Shown: positions 26,624 through 36,800 of the stretch, piece after piece
How positions within the stretch are numbered: position 1 is the first letter of the stretch
How the letters are laid out: every line of letters begins with the position of its first letter
From: an uncultured Gammaproteobacteria bacterium
Lineage (GTDB): Bacteria > Patescibacteriota > Microgenomatia > Levybacterales > UBA12049
Direction of reading: 5' to 3'
DNA: 64,000 nucleotides
Assembly (NCBI GenBank): GCA_964416505.1
Contig: CAYQEJ010000006.1
Location: 13,827 to 77,826, forward strand
Position numbers and translations under genes: made by a program
The notes under the pieces: model-generated
Told to the model about the DNA's origin: nothing
The model's input: the letters and a program-made list of their open reading frames with translations, nothing else
Databases searched by the model: none

Positions 26624-29011
26624 TTATTTATTATTTTTCCTAACAGAAGCGCCCTTAACACTTGGCCCAAAAAGATCAGTCAGGAGAGCATTCGACTGAT
26701 TAATCAGATTCTCATATCTTCTCATCTGATCATAATCGCTTTCACTTAACCATTCCTTTTTAGTAATTTTATTATTTATATATAATGCAATTTCATTTTC
26801 TTCCTTAAGAAGATCTACTGCTTTTTTGATCTTAATTTGATCTTTACTCGAATCCCCTATCCAAGTTTTTATAACGACTAATACTTCCGATGAATTACTT
26901 GCCTCTTTTGACCAATATTGAACTTCCTTGTCTGTATAAGTTGGAACACCGTCAACCAAAGAAAAATTTTTATTTATATTTTCTTTTGGCCAACATGAAG
27001 AGCGACATCCGCCTACGATATTTGTAATATTTGTCTTTAAAAGGAATCCCCAATTTCTTGAGTCCATACTATATTCCCTATTGTCTCCTAGAATTACGTA
27101 ACTATTCGCTGGTATTTCGATTACGCTTCCTTCTTTAATAAATGCATCACCATAAGTTTTTGTATTACCAACATATCCCTCAACAAGTCTTTGATCATTG
27201 ATATAAACATTTCCACCTAATATCTTTAACTTTTCACCCGGTAATCCGATTATTCTTCCTATTCTATGTTCAGATAAATTTCTTGGAAATTTATATATAA
27301 CAACATCGCCCCTATTGATTAGATCTCTATTCTCATCAAAACCAGTAGTCGAGTATTCTTCAGTATTCATGTAGCTAGGATTCATAGCGTCTCCATTAAT
27401 TACAAAATTTTTATGGCCTGGGAGCCAACCATTAAGAAGAAGATTTAGAACCACAAATCCACTAATGATCAAAATTATTACTGAAACAATTAAGTTCCAT
27501 AAGATTGGATGACTTCTAATCTTTTCTTCATTTGTTTTAAGATATCTTAAGCTAACCGATGAACCAATCCCCCTGTAAAACCACCCTTCAACTTCGACAT
27601 CTCGACCAATCAATTTCTTTACTTTCCGTAGAGCAAAAAATAAATTGCCAATAAATGAAAGCAGTGAATTGTAATTTAAAAAAGTTAAACCAGATTTATC
27701 CTGAAGCATAACATCTTCGCTAAAAACATATCCCGGAATACCTTTTCCAATTATTTTTCCATTAAGCCTAATCACTCTTCCTCTTATTGGAGAAGCATAT
27801 ATATTTCTCATCTCATCAATAATTGTTGTATCAGATGCTTTTCCAAATGGATGTGAATAAATTGTTTTTATTAATAACCCCATTGAAAAACCAATTAATG
27901 CAGCCCAAAGATTAATAAAATAAAAGGCAAAAACTGCAAGCATTATTGGCATAATTAAAACTAAGAGTCCTATAAAAAAGTTAACATACAGCTTTACTTT
28001 ATTTATTTTCAATCTTGTTATCGCGGCGTCTATATCAAATGAAAAAGGTTTTCCGAGTTTTTTCGATAGATCACTTAAGTGATCTATTCTCCTACCTGTT
28101 AAAGGGTGTGTTGATGATAGTTCTAATAATTTCGCCCACGGGCTGACACGATCATAAGCAAGTGCTTCTGCAATCAAATTTGGATTACTATTGGTTTCGT
28201 ATGTAATAAGCCCAACATTTTTAGCATTTTTTACATCCGTTATTCCTAAATGTCTTGTGCTCTGTAAAAGTCTTTTAGATTTATCATCATCTTTTGCCGC
28301 CACAATTCCATATGCAATCTTTATTAAAGCGTTGGATAAATCTTGAGGAGACGTAAGTTTTGCTGAAAATTCATCCGCTAATCTTTCCCTAATCCTACTC
28401 AAATAATAAAGTAAATAAACACTGACAATATATAGAGCATAAGAAGCTAAAGCGATCAACTTTAGATTTCCAGATTTCTTCCCTTTTGCTCTTATTAAAA
28501 CTGCGTAGATTTCATATAAAATCTGAACAAGCGTACTAGCTATCATCATTACGACAAAATCCCTATGAACTATATGCCCAAGCTCATGAGCAATTACTGC
28601 TTCCTGTTCATTTTCACTTAAATATTCGAATATACCCTCAGTAATTATTAATCTAGAGTTGTATCTTGCAGTTCCGTATGTAAAGGCGGTCGGATTCTTA
28701 TCAGGAATTATTCCAATTTTAGGAAATTTGAAATTATGCTCTGCGCAAACTTTTTTAATTAATTCTGCTAATTTTACATGTTTTTCTGTAAATTCTTGCT
28801 CAGTCTCGAAACTTATTTTATAAAAAATTTTATTAAAAAAATCAGTTAAAGCGGGAGAGATAATCCAGGAAATAAAATTTATTATTATCGTTAATCCAAT
28901 GGCAAAATAAACATTAAGTTGATCTAAATAAATTAATGATGCCAAAACTATAGCGAATACAAATGAAGTAATTAGTCCGAGAGTAAATAAAGATGCTCCA
29001 AAAAGCCTCAC
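26624..29011 (-). CDS. fusion protein: M48 (HtpX-like) zinc metalloprotease + signal peptidase I (S26)-like domain with non-canonical catalytic residues
   Basis: HEXXH (AVIAHELGHIVHRD) and a downstream ADEFSA glutamate, within multiple TM helices. The C-terminal half has SPase I boxes: NGDAMNPSY (box B, Ala where the Ser nucleophile is expected), RGDVVIYKFP (box C), GRIIGLPGEK (box D, Gly where the general-base Lys is expected) and VILGDNREYSMDSRNWGFL (box E). Confidence 0.7.
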   Translation of the reverse strand: MRLFGASLFTLGLITSFVFAIVLASLIYLDQLNVYFAIGLTIIINFISWIISPALTDFFNKIFYKISFETEQEFTEKHVKLAELIKKVCAEHNFKFPKIGIIPDKNPTAFTYGTARYNSRLIITEGIFEYLSENEQEAVIAHELGHIVHRDFVVMMIASTLVQILYEIYAVLIRAKGKKSGNLKLIALASYALYIVSVYLLYYLSRIRERLADEFSAKLTSPQDLSNALIKIAYGIVAAKDDDKSKRLLQSTRHLGITDVKNAKNVGLITYETNSNPNLIAEALAYDRVSPWAKLLELSSTHPLTGRRIDHLSDLSKKLGKPFSFDIDAAITRLKINKVKLYVNFFIGLLVLIMPIMLAVFAFYFINLWAALIGFSMGLLIKTIYSHPFGKASDTTIIDEMRNIYASPIRGRVIRLNGKIIGKGIPGYVFSEDVMLQDKSGLTFLNYNSLLSFIGNLFFALRKVKKLIGRDVEVEGWFYRGIGSSVSLRYLKTNEEKIRSHPILWNLIVSVIILIISGFVVLNLLLNGWLPGHKNFVINGDAMNPSYMNTEEYSTTGFDENRDLINRGDVVIYKFPRNLSEHRIGRIIGLPGEKLKILGGNVYINDQRLVEGYVGNTKTYGDAFIKEGSVIEIPANSYVILGDNREYSMDSRNWGFLLKTNITNIVGGCRSSCWPKENINKNFSLVDGVPTYTDKEVQYWSKEASNSSEVLVVIKTWIGDSSKDQIKIKKAVDLLKEENEIALYINNKITKKEWLSESDYDQMRRYENLINQSNALLTDLFGPSVKGASVRKNNK

Positions 29012-29051
29012 GAAAATATAATTTCAAATTAAAATTAAGAAGTCAATTAGA

Positions 29052-29555
29052 TTAGAATTGATCCTGAGGAATATTGATGATTTTCGAATAATGTTTACCA
29101 CTTCTCATTTTTGTGTTAACTGTCAACTTCACATCTTTAGCTCTATGAAGCACACATCTTTTTCCAGAACAGCTACCAAATGGTATTTCATATCTTACAA
29201 AAGGCTTACCATTGATATTCCCTGTATAAATTTCCTTTCTCGGAATAAATGACCCTTCAACCCCGCCCCTTACACCATTATCTCTATTTGTATAATTTAA
29301 ATTATAATAAACATACTCTACCCCATTAAAATCTTCAAAATCTATAAATAAAGCTTTTTTGTCACTTCTCACGTAAGGTGTTGCGAAAACACCGTCGTTA
29401 TTTGTACTTGTCCATAAAGTTGTTGTTCTTTTAGTGGATGCAAAAGAGTTGTTATTTAATGTAGACAAAAAGAAAAAAGAAAGGAATAAGACTACGGGTA
29501 GAATAATCTTCAGTTTCATTAGTTTTATAATATAAACATAAAGACAATTGAACAA
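29052..29555 (-). CDS. secreted hypothetical protein
   Basis: Likely true start MKLKIILPVVLFL (about 29519) giving a signal peptide. The mature part is Asn/Tyr/Gly-rich with 3 Cys. Confidence 0.45.
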   Translation of the reverse strand: MFNCLYVYIIKLMKLKIILPVVLFLSFFFLSTLNNNSFASTKRTTTLWTSTNNDGVFATPYVRSDKKALFIDFEDFNGVEYVYYNLNYTNRDNGVRGGVEGSFIPRKEIYTGNINGKPFVRYEIPFGSCSGKRCVLHRAKDVKLTVNTKMRSGKHYSKIINIPQDQF

Positions 29556-29590
29556 TATACCTAAACAATAAATTACTAAATCAAAATATG

Positions 29591-31984
29591 TTAATTTTTT
29601 GTGAAAATTAATGTGGAATTTTGGTCAACTGAAATATTAATACTATCTCCTCTTACAATCTCTCCTGAAAGCATTTTTTTAGCTATTTCGTCTTCTACTT
29701 TATCCTGAATAAAACGAGCAAGTGGCCTTGCACCAAACTCCTCATCAAAACCACCTTTAGAAATAACTTCTATCGCAGATGGTGAAAAATTTAAAGCAAT
29801 ATCTTGTTCTTTTAACTTGGAAATTAATTTTTGAAGCATCAAATTGGTAATTTCTGAAATCTGCGAAGAACTTAAAGGATTAAAAATAACTATGTCATCA
29901 AATCTATTTAGAAGTTCAGGTTTAAATAATGCATTTTTCTGAAGAAAATCCAAAAGCACCTGATTGGAGAGCGAAGAATTTGACCTTAAGCTTTCCCTAA
30001 TTAACTCTGAACCTGCGTTACTAGTTGCAATAATGATAGCATTAGTAAAAGAAATCGTCCTCCCGCTTGAATCCGTCATTCTTCCATCATCTAAAACTTG
30101 AAGAAACAAATCTATAATTTTTTCATTTGCTTTTTCAAATTCATCGAGAAGAATTAGACAAAATTGATGATTCAAAACTTGATCAAGAAAACTGCCTGAA
30201 CTGTTTTCCAAAAATCTTCCAACAGAATCTGGACTTCCATATTCACTCATATCTACTCTAACTATTTTTTCTTCCCCTCCAAAATAAATTTTGGAGATAG
30301 ACTTTGCTGTTTCTGTTTTTCCCACACCAGTTGGACCTAAGAATAAAAATGAGATAGGTTTTTCTCGTGTCAGACCAACTCTAATTCTCCTGATTGCCTG
30401 CGATATTGATTTAATTGCCTGATCTTGACCAATCACAAACCTATGCATTTCCTTTTCCAGATTTAACAATAAGCTTTTTTCTTCCTGTGTAGGAGATCCA
30501 ACCGGAATATGACTTCTGTCACGTACTTTAGATAAAACATCTTCTTCTAAAACAATTTTGTTTTTTCTATTCGAAAGCCTTATTGAATTTGCAGTTTCTT
30601 CCAAAAGCTCTACAGCAGTTCCAGGAAGAGAAGCAGCCAGGTCAAATTTATCGGCATAAAAAATAGCAGTACGAATCGATTTGTAACTTAATTTTATTTT
30701 ATATTTTTCTTCTATATCTTCAGATTTTTGTAAAATCATCTTTAAAGCCTCATTACTGTCGGGTTCTTCTAATTTTATAATTTCAAATACTTCACGAAGA
30801 GAATTTTTCTCAAAATAGTTCTTGTATTCTCCGTTTGTCATTGTCGCAATTATTGGCATTTTTCCATCTTTAAGATAAGGAAGAATTGCTCCAGATAAAT
30901 TTACCCCATAAGAACTTGATCCTAAAAGATTTTGGAACTCTGGTATAAATAAAATTATATTTCCAGAATGTTTTACCTCTTCAATTATCGCCTGTAATCT
31001 TACCTCAAGCTCTTCTCTGTTCTGCGTCCCCGCAACTAGTGAACCTACAGATATTTCCAAAAATCTTCTATGATTAAGTTTTTTATTTAAGTTCGATTCG
31101 TAGCTATCAAAAATAAAATTTTCAACAAGTGTTGTTTTACCAACTCCTATATTTCCCACTAATAAAACATTGTTATCAGAATTTTTTTGAAGAGCCTCAA
31201 GCATTACTCCATACTGATCTTCACGTCCCTCGATATAAGATCTTTTTCTAATATTTGAAAATGTAATATCTTTTGTATAGTTTTTAGTTTCAGGTGTCCA
31301 TCCCCAAACTAGTGTTTCACCGATGCCAATTCCTATAAATCTTACGCGTCTTTTTTTAATTTCTTCTTCTTTAAAACTAATTCTTGCCCAATGATTAATA
31401 TTTAAAATATCATCCTCTTTTAATTTATTTGCAAATAATAATTTGGTTTGGTTCTCTGTTATTAAAAAATAAGAAGTCAATAAATCTGAAGAAGTAATAT
31501 ATTTTCCACTCTGACTTGACGCAATTTGAAAAGCTTTATTAAATAATTCTTCTTTTGTAAATTCCACAATCTCAAAAGAATTTTTATCAATTGCACACTT
31601 TTCAAGATAAAACCTGCCCCCCTTACTATTTAGTAGATAGCTAATTATGGATTTCGTATTTTTCTTAAACAAAACAGAAATTAATGCCTCTTTAGTAAAG
31701 CAGTCCAGTAAATTTTCTGGATTCTCTCTGATAGATTTAGAAGGAAATATTTCTTCCAATTCAAACTTAATAAAGATATGAATTATCAATGCAAGAGATA
31801 ATACAAAAAGTGGAACTGCTATATTCAATCCGTAAGCTATGGAATAAATTAACCACCCTAAAAAAATAAAAAATAAAATTATTTTTATAAATAGGAAAAC
31901 CAAAGAATTGTAAATTAAACTAACGCCAACTTTTCCCTCTCTCATAAAATAAATAAAATTGCCAATGTAAGCACAGGCCACCAA
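29591..31984 (-). CDS. membrane-anchored ClpA/ClpB-family double AAA+ protein (NBD1 Walker B degenerate)
   Basis: N-terminal TM helices instead of a Clp N-domain. NBD1 has Walker A LLVGNIGVGKTTLVENF but its Walker B reads ILFIPEF (Pro in place of Asp). NBD2 is canonical (FLFLGPTGVGKTETAKSI, LILLDEFEKANEKIIDLFLQVLDDGRMTD, sensor/Arg finger region). The ORF-track start is a TTG. Confidence 0.75.
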   Translation of the reverse strand: MVACAYIGNFIYFMREGKVGVSLIYNSLVFLFIKIILFFIFLGWLIYSIAYGLNIAVPLFVLSLALIIHIFIKFELEEIFPSKSIRENPENLLDCFTKEALISVLFKKNTKSIISYLLNSKGGRFYLEKCAIDKNSFEIVEFTKEELFNKAFQIASSQSGKYITSSDLLTSYFLITENQTKLLFANKLKEDDILNINHWARISFKEEEIKKRRVRFIGIGIGETLVWGWTPETKNYTKDITFSNIRKRSYIEGREDQYGVMLEALQKNSDNNVLLVGNIGVGKTTLVENFIFDSYESNLNKKLNHRRFLEISVGSLVAGTQNREELEVRLQAIIEEVKHSGNIILFIPEFQNLLGSSSYGVNLSGAILPYLKDGKMPIIATMTNGEYKNYFEKNSLREVFEIIKLEEPDSNEALKMILQKSEDIEEKYKIKLSYKSIRTAIFYADKFDLAASLPGTAVELLEETANSIRLSNRKNKIVLEEDVLSKVRDRSHIPVGSPTQEEKSLLLNLEKEMHRFVIGQDQAIKSISQAIRRIRVGLTREKPISFLFLGPTGVGKTETAKSISKIYFGGEEKIVRVDMSEYGSPDSVGRFLENSSGSFLDQVLNHQFCLILLDEFEKANEKIIDLFLQVLDDGRMTDSSGRTISFTNAIIIATSNAGSELIRESLRSNSSLSNQVLLDFLQKNALFKPELLNRFDDIVIFNPLSSSQISEITNLMLQKLISKLKEQDIALNFSPSAIEVISKGGFDEEFGARPLARFIQDKVEDEIAKKMLSGEIVRGDSINISVDQNSTLIFTKN

Positions 31985-32277
31985 ATAAAAAATGCCAAAA
32001 AAGTAATTTCAAAAAAAATTAGCAGTAACAAAACAAATGAATCCACGATTATAAAAACACTTTTTACAAAAATTCCCATACCAATAGAAAATGCAACTAA
32101 TCCTTTTCTATACTCATTTTTAAGAGGCTTGAAGAAAGTTCTTATCATAAGCGGGAGAGAAAGAATCTGAAGAGCAGCGTGGTTTAAGCTCATGAAATAG
32201 TTTATAAGCCTCAAAGGCGCCTCGAGATACCAAAATTTAAGAAATAAAAATGGAATGGATAAATAAAATCCGGGCAT
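31942..32277 (-). CDS. polytopic membrane ORF, possibly the frameshifted N-terminal part of the downstream ClpA/B-like gene
   Basis: 111 aa, all hydrophobic helices. Overlaps the TTG start region of the 797-aa ORF by 43 nt in another frame, next to A/T homopolymer runs. Confidence 0.35.
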   Translation of the reverse strand: MPGFYLSIPFLFLKFWYLEAPLRLINYFMSLNHAALQILSLPLMIRTFFKPLKNEYRKGLVAFSIGMGIFVKSVFIIVDSFVLLLLIFFEITFLAFFIWWPVLTLAILFIL

Positions 32278-32307
32278 TAAATTAAGTATATGAACTTGAG
32301 GCCAAAA

Positions 32308-33372
32308 TTACAAACCTGCTTTAATCTCCTGAGCTAAAAACGGATTCCACATGGCTCCAGTCGCACTCATTACAGCATCTGCGCCTTTTGATCTGTATTC
32401 GAAGTATTCTTTTGCGAGAGTAACTCCCCCAACTCCAATTATTGTAAAATTCAAGCCCATCTCTTCGCGCAATCTATATAATCTTTCGGTCATTTCTAGC
32501 CCTGCCCATTTAATTGGATGACCACATGTTCCCGATTTTAATCTCATCTGGCCACCTGGCAACGCTTGCTCTCCGTTTTCTTTGTAAACTTTTGCAGGAA
32601 TCGTATTGATAGCAGAAATTCCGTCGGCTATCTTTCCAACAGAACCAATTAATTTTTCCAGCAGTTTTTGATCTTCAAAATATGCAATTTTTATAATTAA
32701 TGGCATGTTTCCAATCTCATTTTTTATCTTTTCAACAATTTTAATAGTTCTTTGAATATCAAAGCAAACTAGATGCGCTGATCCTTCATTTGGACAGGAA
32801 AGATTTGCTTCCATAACCTTTACCCCAGTTTCTTTAACAAGTCTTACAGCTAATACATAATCTTCAATAAATTTATCTACGTTTCCCTCAGTCGTACCTT
32901 GAAAACTACCAATCACAACTTGTCCTTTTTTTGCATGCTTTATGCTTTTCGCCAAATCTTTCTGCCAAACTTCTGGATTCATAGAAGGAACTCCGAATGA
33001 ATTAGTTACAGCTAAAGGACTTCCATACTCTTGATTTCCAATCACTCCCTTTTCTGCCATCTCTAGAGTTAGGTCACCTTTTACTTTTACCGCTAAAACA
33101 TTCGGCCACTCATTTGAGATGCGGAATTTTGTTCTAACTGTTTTATAGGTAACGATGTCAAATCCTTTGTCTAATGCTGCATTAACATATTTTGAATTAA
33201 GAAGGGGGCCTGCAGGAATTCCAAAAGGAGTAAAAACAGGATTTCCAAAAAAATAATGATCTGGAATTCTTTTATCTTTATAGACTTTTTTGCTAGAAAA
33301 CTCTCCAAAAGGACCTTTTTTATAATTATCTTCGTAGGAAAGTAACGGATCAAAAAATGGTTTATGAATCAT
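32308..33372 (-). CDS. dihydroorotate dehydrogenase family protein (PyrD-like TIM barrel)
   Basis: FGIPAGPLLNS (substrate loop), ANLSCPN (conserved N-L-S-C-P-N), IGVGGV (FMN phosphate-binding). About 40-aa N-terminal extension. Confidence 0.65.
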   Translation of the reverse strand: MIHKPFFDPLLSYEDNYKKGPFGEFSSKKVYKDKRIPDHYFFGNPVFTPFGIPAGPLLNSKYVNAALDKGFDIVTYKTVRTKFRISNEWPNVLAVKVKGDLTLEMAEKGVIGNQEYGSPLAVTNSFGVPSMNPEVWQKDLAKSIKHAKKGQVVIGSFQGTTEGNVDKFIEDYVLAVRLVKETGVKVMEANLSCPNEGSAHLVCFDIQRTIKIVEKIKNEIGNMPLIIKIAYFEDQKLLEKLIGSVGKIADGISAINTIPAKVYKENGEQALPGGQMRLKSGTCGHPIKWAGLEMTERLYRLREEMGLNFTIIGVGGVTLAKEYFEYRSKGADAVMSATGAMWNPFLAQEIKAGL

Positions 33373-33414
33373 TAGCAGTATTCTATATTATTTTATCAAA
33401 ATATCAATTTACAA

Positions 33415-33846
33415 CTAGAATCCAATTTTCTCAACAATTAAATATACAAAAAAATTATTATACAAATAATGCATAAATATTGCGATGATAACACTCACAA
33501 TTAACCAATAGACTCCCCTCTTACCCAATAAATAAATGAAGACAATATTTGAAGTATGAATTAAAGTTGTAAAAATCAATCTAACAAAAAACAATTTCAT
33601 GTTTCCTAATGCTAATATATTGGTTAAGTATAGAAATGATTCAGAAAGAGAAAATAAGATACCTGATAAAATAACTAGATTAATCAGCTTCCTTTTTATT
33701 TTTTCTTCTTCTTTAAGTATAAAAATAACAATTAACGCTGAAAAAAATTCTTCAATTACTGATGGAAAAGGAATAATCCATTCCAAAACCATTATTGGTA
33801 ATGGGCCAAAAAAGGAAAGAAGAGGAAGTATGTATAGCGCATTCAT
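33415..33846 (-). CDS. small polytopic membrane protein, possibly CPBP/PrsW-like
   Basis: Four to five TM helices. Glu pair (VIEEFFSAL) and a HxxxN-like HYLYNN resemble CPBP motifs only weakly. Confidence 0.35.
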   Translation of the reverse strand: MNALYILPLLSFFGPLPIMVLEWIIPFPSVIEEFFSALIVIFILKEEEKIKRKLINLVILSGILFSLSESFLYLTNILALGNMKLFFVRLIFTTLIHTSNIVFIYLLGKRGVYWLIVSVIIAIFMHYLYNNFFVYLIVEKIGF

Positions 33847-36800
33847 TAGTTAGAAATTATATACTGATCATTAACCCACCCTTTTATCAGTTTATCGTCA
33901 GTTTCTATTTCAACCTGAACCCATCCTGGTGATTCGTTTATTTTTTTTGCTTTCAAATTAGCGGTAATACTTTTTAAGATTTTCGTTGAGGTAGAAGGTC
34001 CGGATCTTAAATTTACTGCACTTGGCGTTGCAATAATTTCAATATTTTGGATTTCGGATTTTACTCCTAAAACAGACTTCGAATCTTCAATGTTTACTTC
34101 ATCATCTTCTCCTCTAGTTTTTTTATTTTCTTTTGTTTCAATAGTTTTTTCTCGGGGTAAATCATTTCGTAATTCATGAGTAATTTTCTTAGAAATAAAA
34201 AATACAAAAATTATTGAAATTAAAACTAAGATTATTAAAAACATGATTATTAATATTTTTTTTGTAACTCTCTTATCTAATTCATCAATCAAATCAGCAA
34301 GAGGCTGAAAATAATTTTTATAAAATTTCTTAGAGTCATTGTCTTTTCTACCATGTCCCGCTAAGGCTCTCATATAAAACGCCATAAAAACAAAACCAGC
34401 AAGTAGAATAATTACTATTCCCCACACAGCAAATGTTTGAACACCACCCACAAATCCGAATAATGAATTTGCTGAACTAGCTGAAGTAGCTAGCGTCTTA
34501 AGATCATCTATCTCAGCTTTAGCCTTATCTACCTGAGTCTTAGCATCACGGTATGCTTTTATTCTCTGCTCTGGAGTATTAGCTTCTTTCTGAATTCTAC
34601 TAGCTGAATCCAAAGAAGCTATCACATCTGCATAAAGAGTCGCTCCTTGACCAAAATAAGTTGTCCCCTTTAGTGGCCCATAAATTTCTTTTGCTTGAAT
34701 TCTTAGTGAATCTATTTCCTCGTCAGAAATTTTCCAAATATCTTCTACTTCAACTGAATAAATTTTTGTTTGATTAGGAGACAAAACTACCTGACCGCTT
34801 GCATAATAAGCGTCTTCTGAAGCATCATACTCAATTGTCAAATCATCATCTTTTTTTATCACATCTTTATCTGTAGCTTCTTTAGGAAGATAAAACTTAA
34901 CCGGAACAGTTTGCCTTATTGAAGTTGGGTTTGTAATTAAAGTTTTAAATATAATACTTCCTTCTTCAAGCCAAGTCTGAATAATAGGGGACTTCGTACC
35001 ATTTTCTAAAAGCGTCTTATTTGCTTGTGTTAATGCCTGAAGAGCTAAAACGCTATTTTTTAAACTCTGCAGATCTGAAGCATTTGCTTTCGAAAGCGTA
35101 AGAATATCTGAAACTCCCGAAATTGAATTTGAAGATGAGACATCAGAGGAAATTGAATTGACAGCATCTATAATATCAGATGCTGTATAGCTATCCCATT
35201 TTGCCAAAACATCTGAAAGACCTGCTCCTGAGGTATCGAGATCTTGGATTGTTTCTTTATTTAATTTAAGTCTTCCATACAAAGTCGCATCTGAAGAAGT
35301 ATCAGAACTAGTACCGATCTTGGTTTGCATAGATGATATTTCTGAAATTATCGATTGCAAATCCTGATATGCTGTTGTCGATTTCCCATTATAGTTTAAT
35401 TCGCTTCTCAAACTATTTAGATTTGCCTCTGTTGTAATAGCTGAATTATAAATATCATCTGCAGTTCTTGATCCCCATTTTCCTTTTATACAATTAACCT
35501 GTCCAAAGATCGTAGAATCCAAACATGTATCGGCTGAGTCACCTAGCGAAGCGACATCCAGATTGTTGATTGCAGTCATTAAATCAGAGATTGTATAAGA
35601 ACCCCACTTAGCAAGAATCGAATCAGCTTTGGAGTCTATAGAATCCACAGTAGTATTTACAGAATCCACAGTTGTACCTATCGCATCAACGCTTGATTGA
35701 ACTCCAGCTACATCAGTAGAGACCTGAGACAAACTTTTGTTATCCGGACCCTTAATTGAGGTTGTACTCGATGAAATATCCTCTCGGGTGGCTTGTATTT
35801 TACCAAACACCGTAGAAGCCGCAGAATTATCGCCAGAAGAACCTATATTTGTATTTAGAGTTTGTGCATATGTCTTTATTGCTTGAATATCCTGATATGC
35901 AGTTGAAGATTTTCCACCATAATCCAATTCACTTCGCAGAGAAGCAGAATACGTTGCAGCATTATTTGCAGCAGCATAAAGAGTATCCGCAGTTTGACTA
36001 CCCCACTTATCTCTAATACACTTTATCCCTCCGAAAACAGTACTTGTTACACAACTATCTGCGCTCGTTCCTAGACTAGACTCCAAATCATCTACATATC
36101 CTATAACATCAGACATTGAATAAGATCCCCATTTACTTAAGATGTCAGTAGTATCCGAAAAAATAGAATCGATATTCGTATCAAGAGTATCAACTTTTGC
36201 TTCAATTGAATTTAAAGAATTTTGCGCGGTAACTAGTCCAGAATTAATCTGGGTAAGATCTTTATTCCCGGAACCTTTTATAGAGGTTGTAGCTGAAGAT
36301 GTAGCATTATTTACATCTGTTTTCGTTGCCAAACTTTCCCCGTTATCTAGACTTGCTCCTGTTAGAGTTCTTGTTGCTGAGCTCCAAATATCCGTAACCA
36401 ATGTCCCAAATGTAGTTAACGATCTCGCTGAATAACTCCAGATATCAGAAATTAATGTGCCGAATGAACTTAAAGTTCTAGATGGATAATTCCAAATATC
36501 AGCTACAGCAGGAATACTATTTTGAAGCTTTTCTCCAAAAGAACCATTATTTGTATGCGCGCTCGCTGTAGCATCCCACACCTGATCAGGAATATTTTCT
36601 TCAATAGTAAAAGTTTTATCGAGCCTTAACGTTTGACCATTTGTAGTGCAAGTAATTTGACTTCTATAAGTTCCCAAAGTCATACCTGAAGTATTAAAAG
36701 CATAGTAATACCATCCATCATTTTGGGCAGCCGAGGTCATAGATTGAGAATTTAAGAATAAGGAACCATCGGGGTATCTTGCGGTTAATGTACAAGTAGC

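Noticed and set aside
35180-36320. Repetitive DNA that might be mistaken for a CRISPR or satellite array
   Set aside because: The repeats are long (~500 nt), diverged and in-frame within a single ORF (the protein-domain repeats of the 1043-aa gene). There are no short direct repeats with unique spacers.
36142-36435. 97-aa plus-strand ORF
   Set aside because: It is antisense within the repeat region of the 1043-aa surface protein gene.
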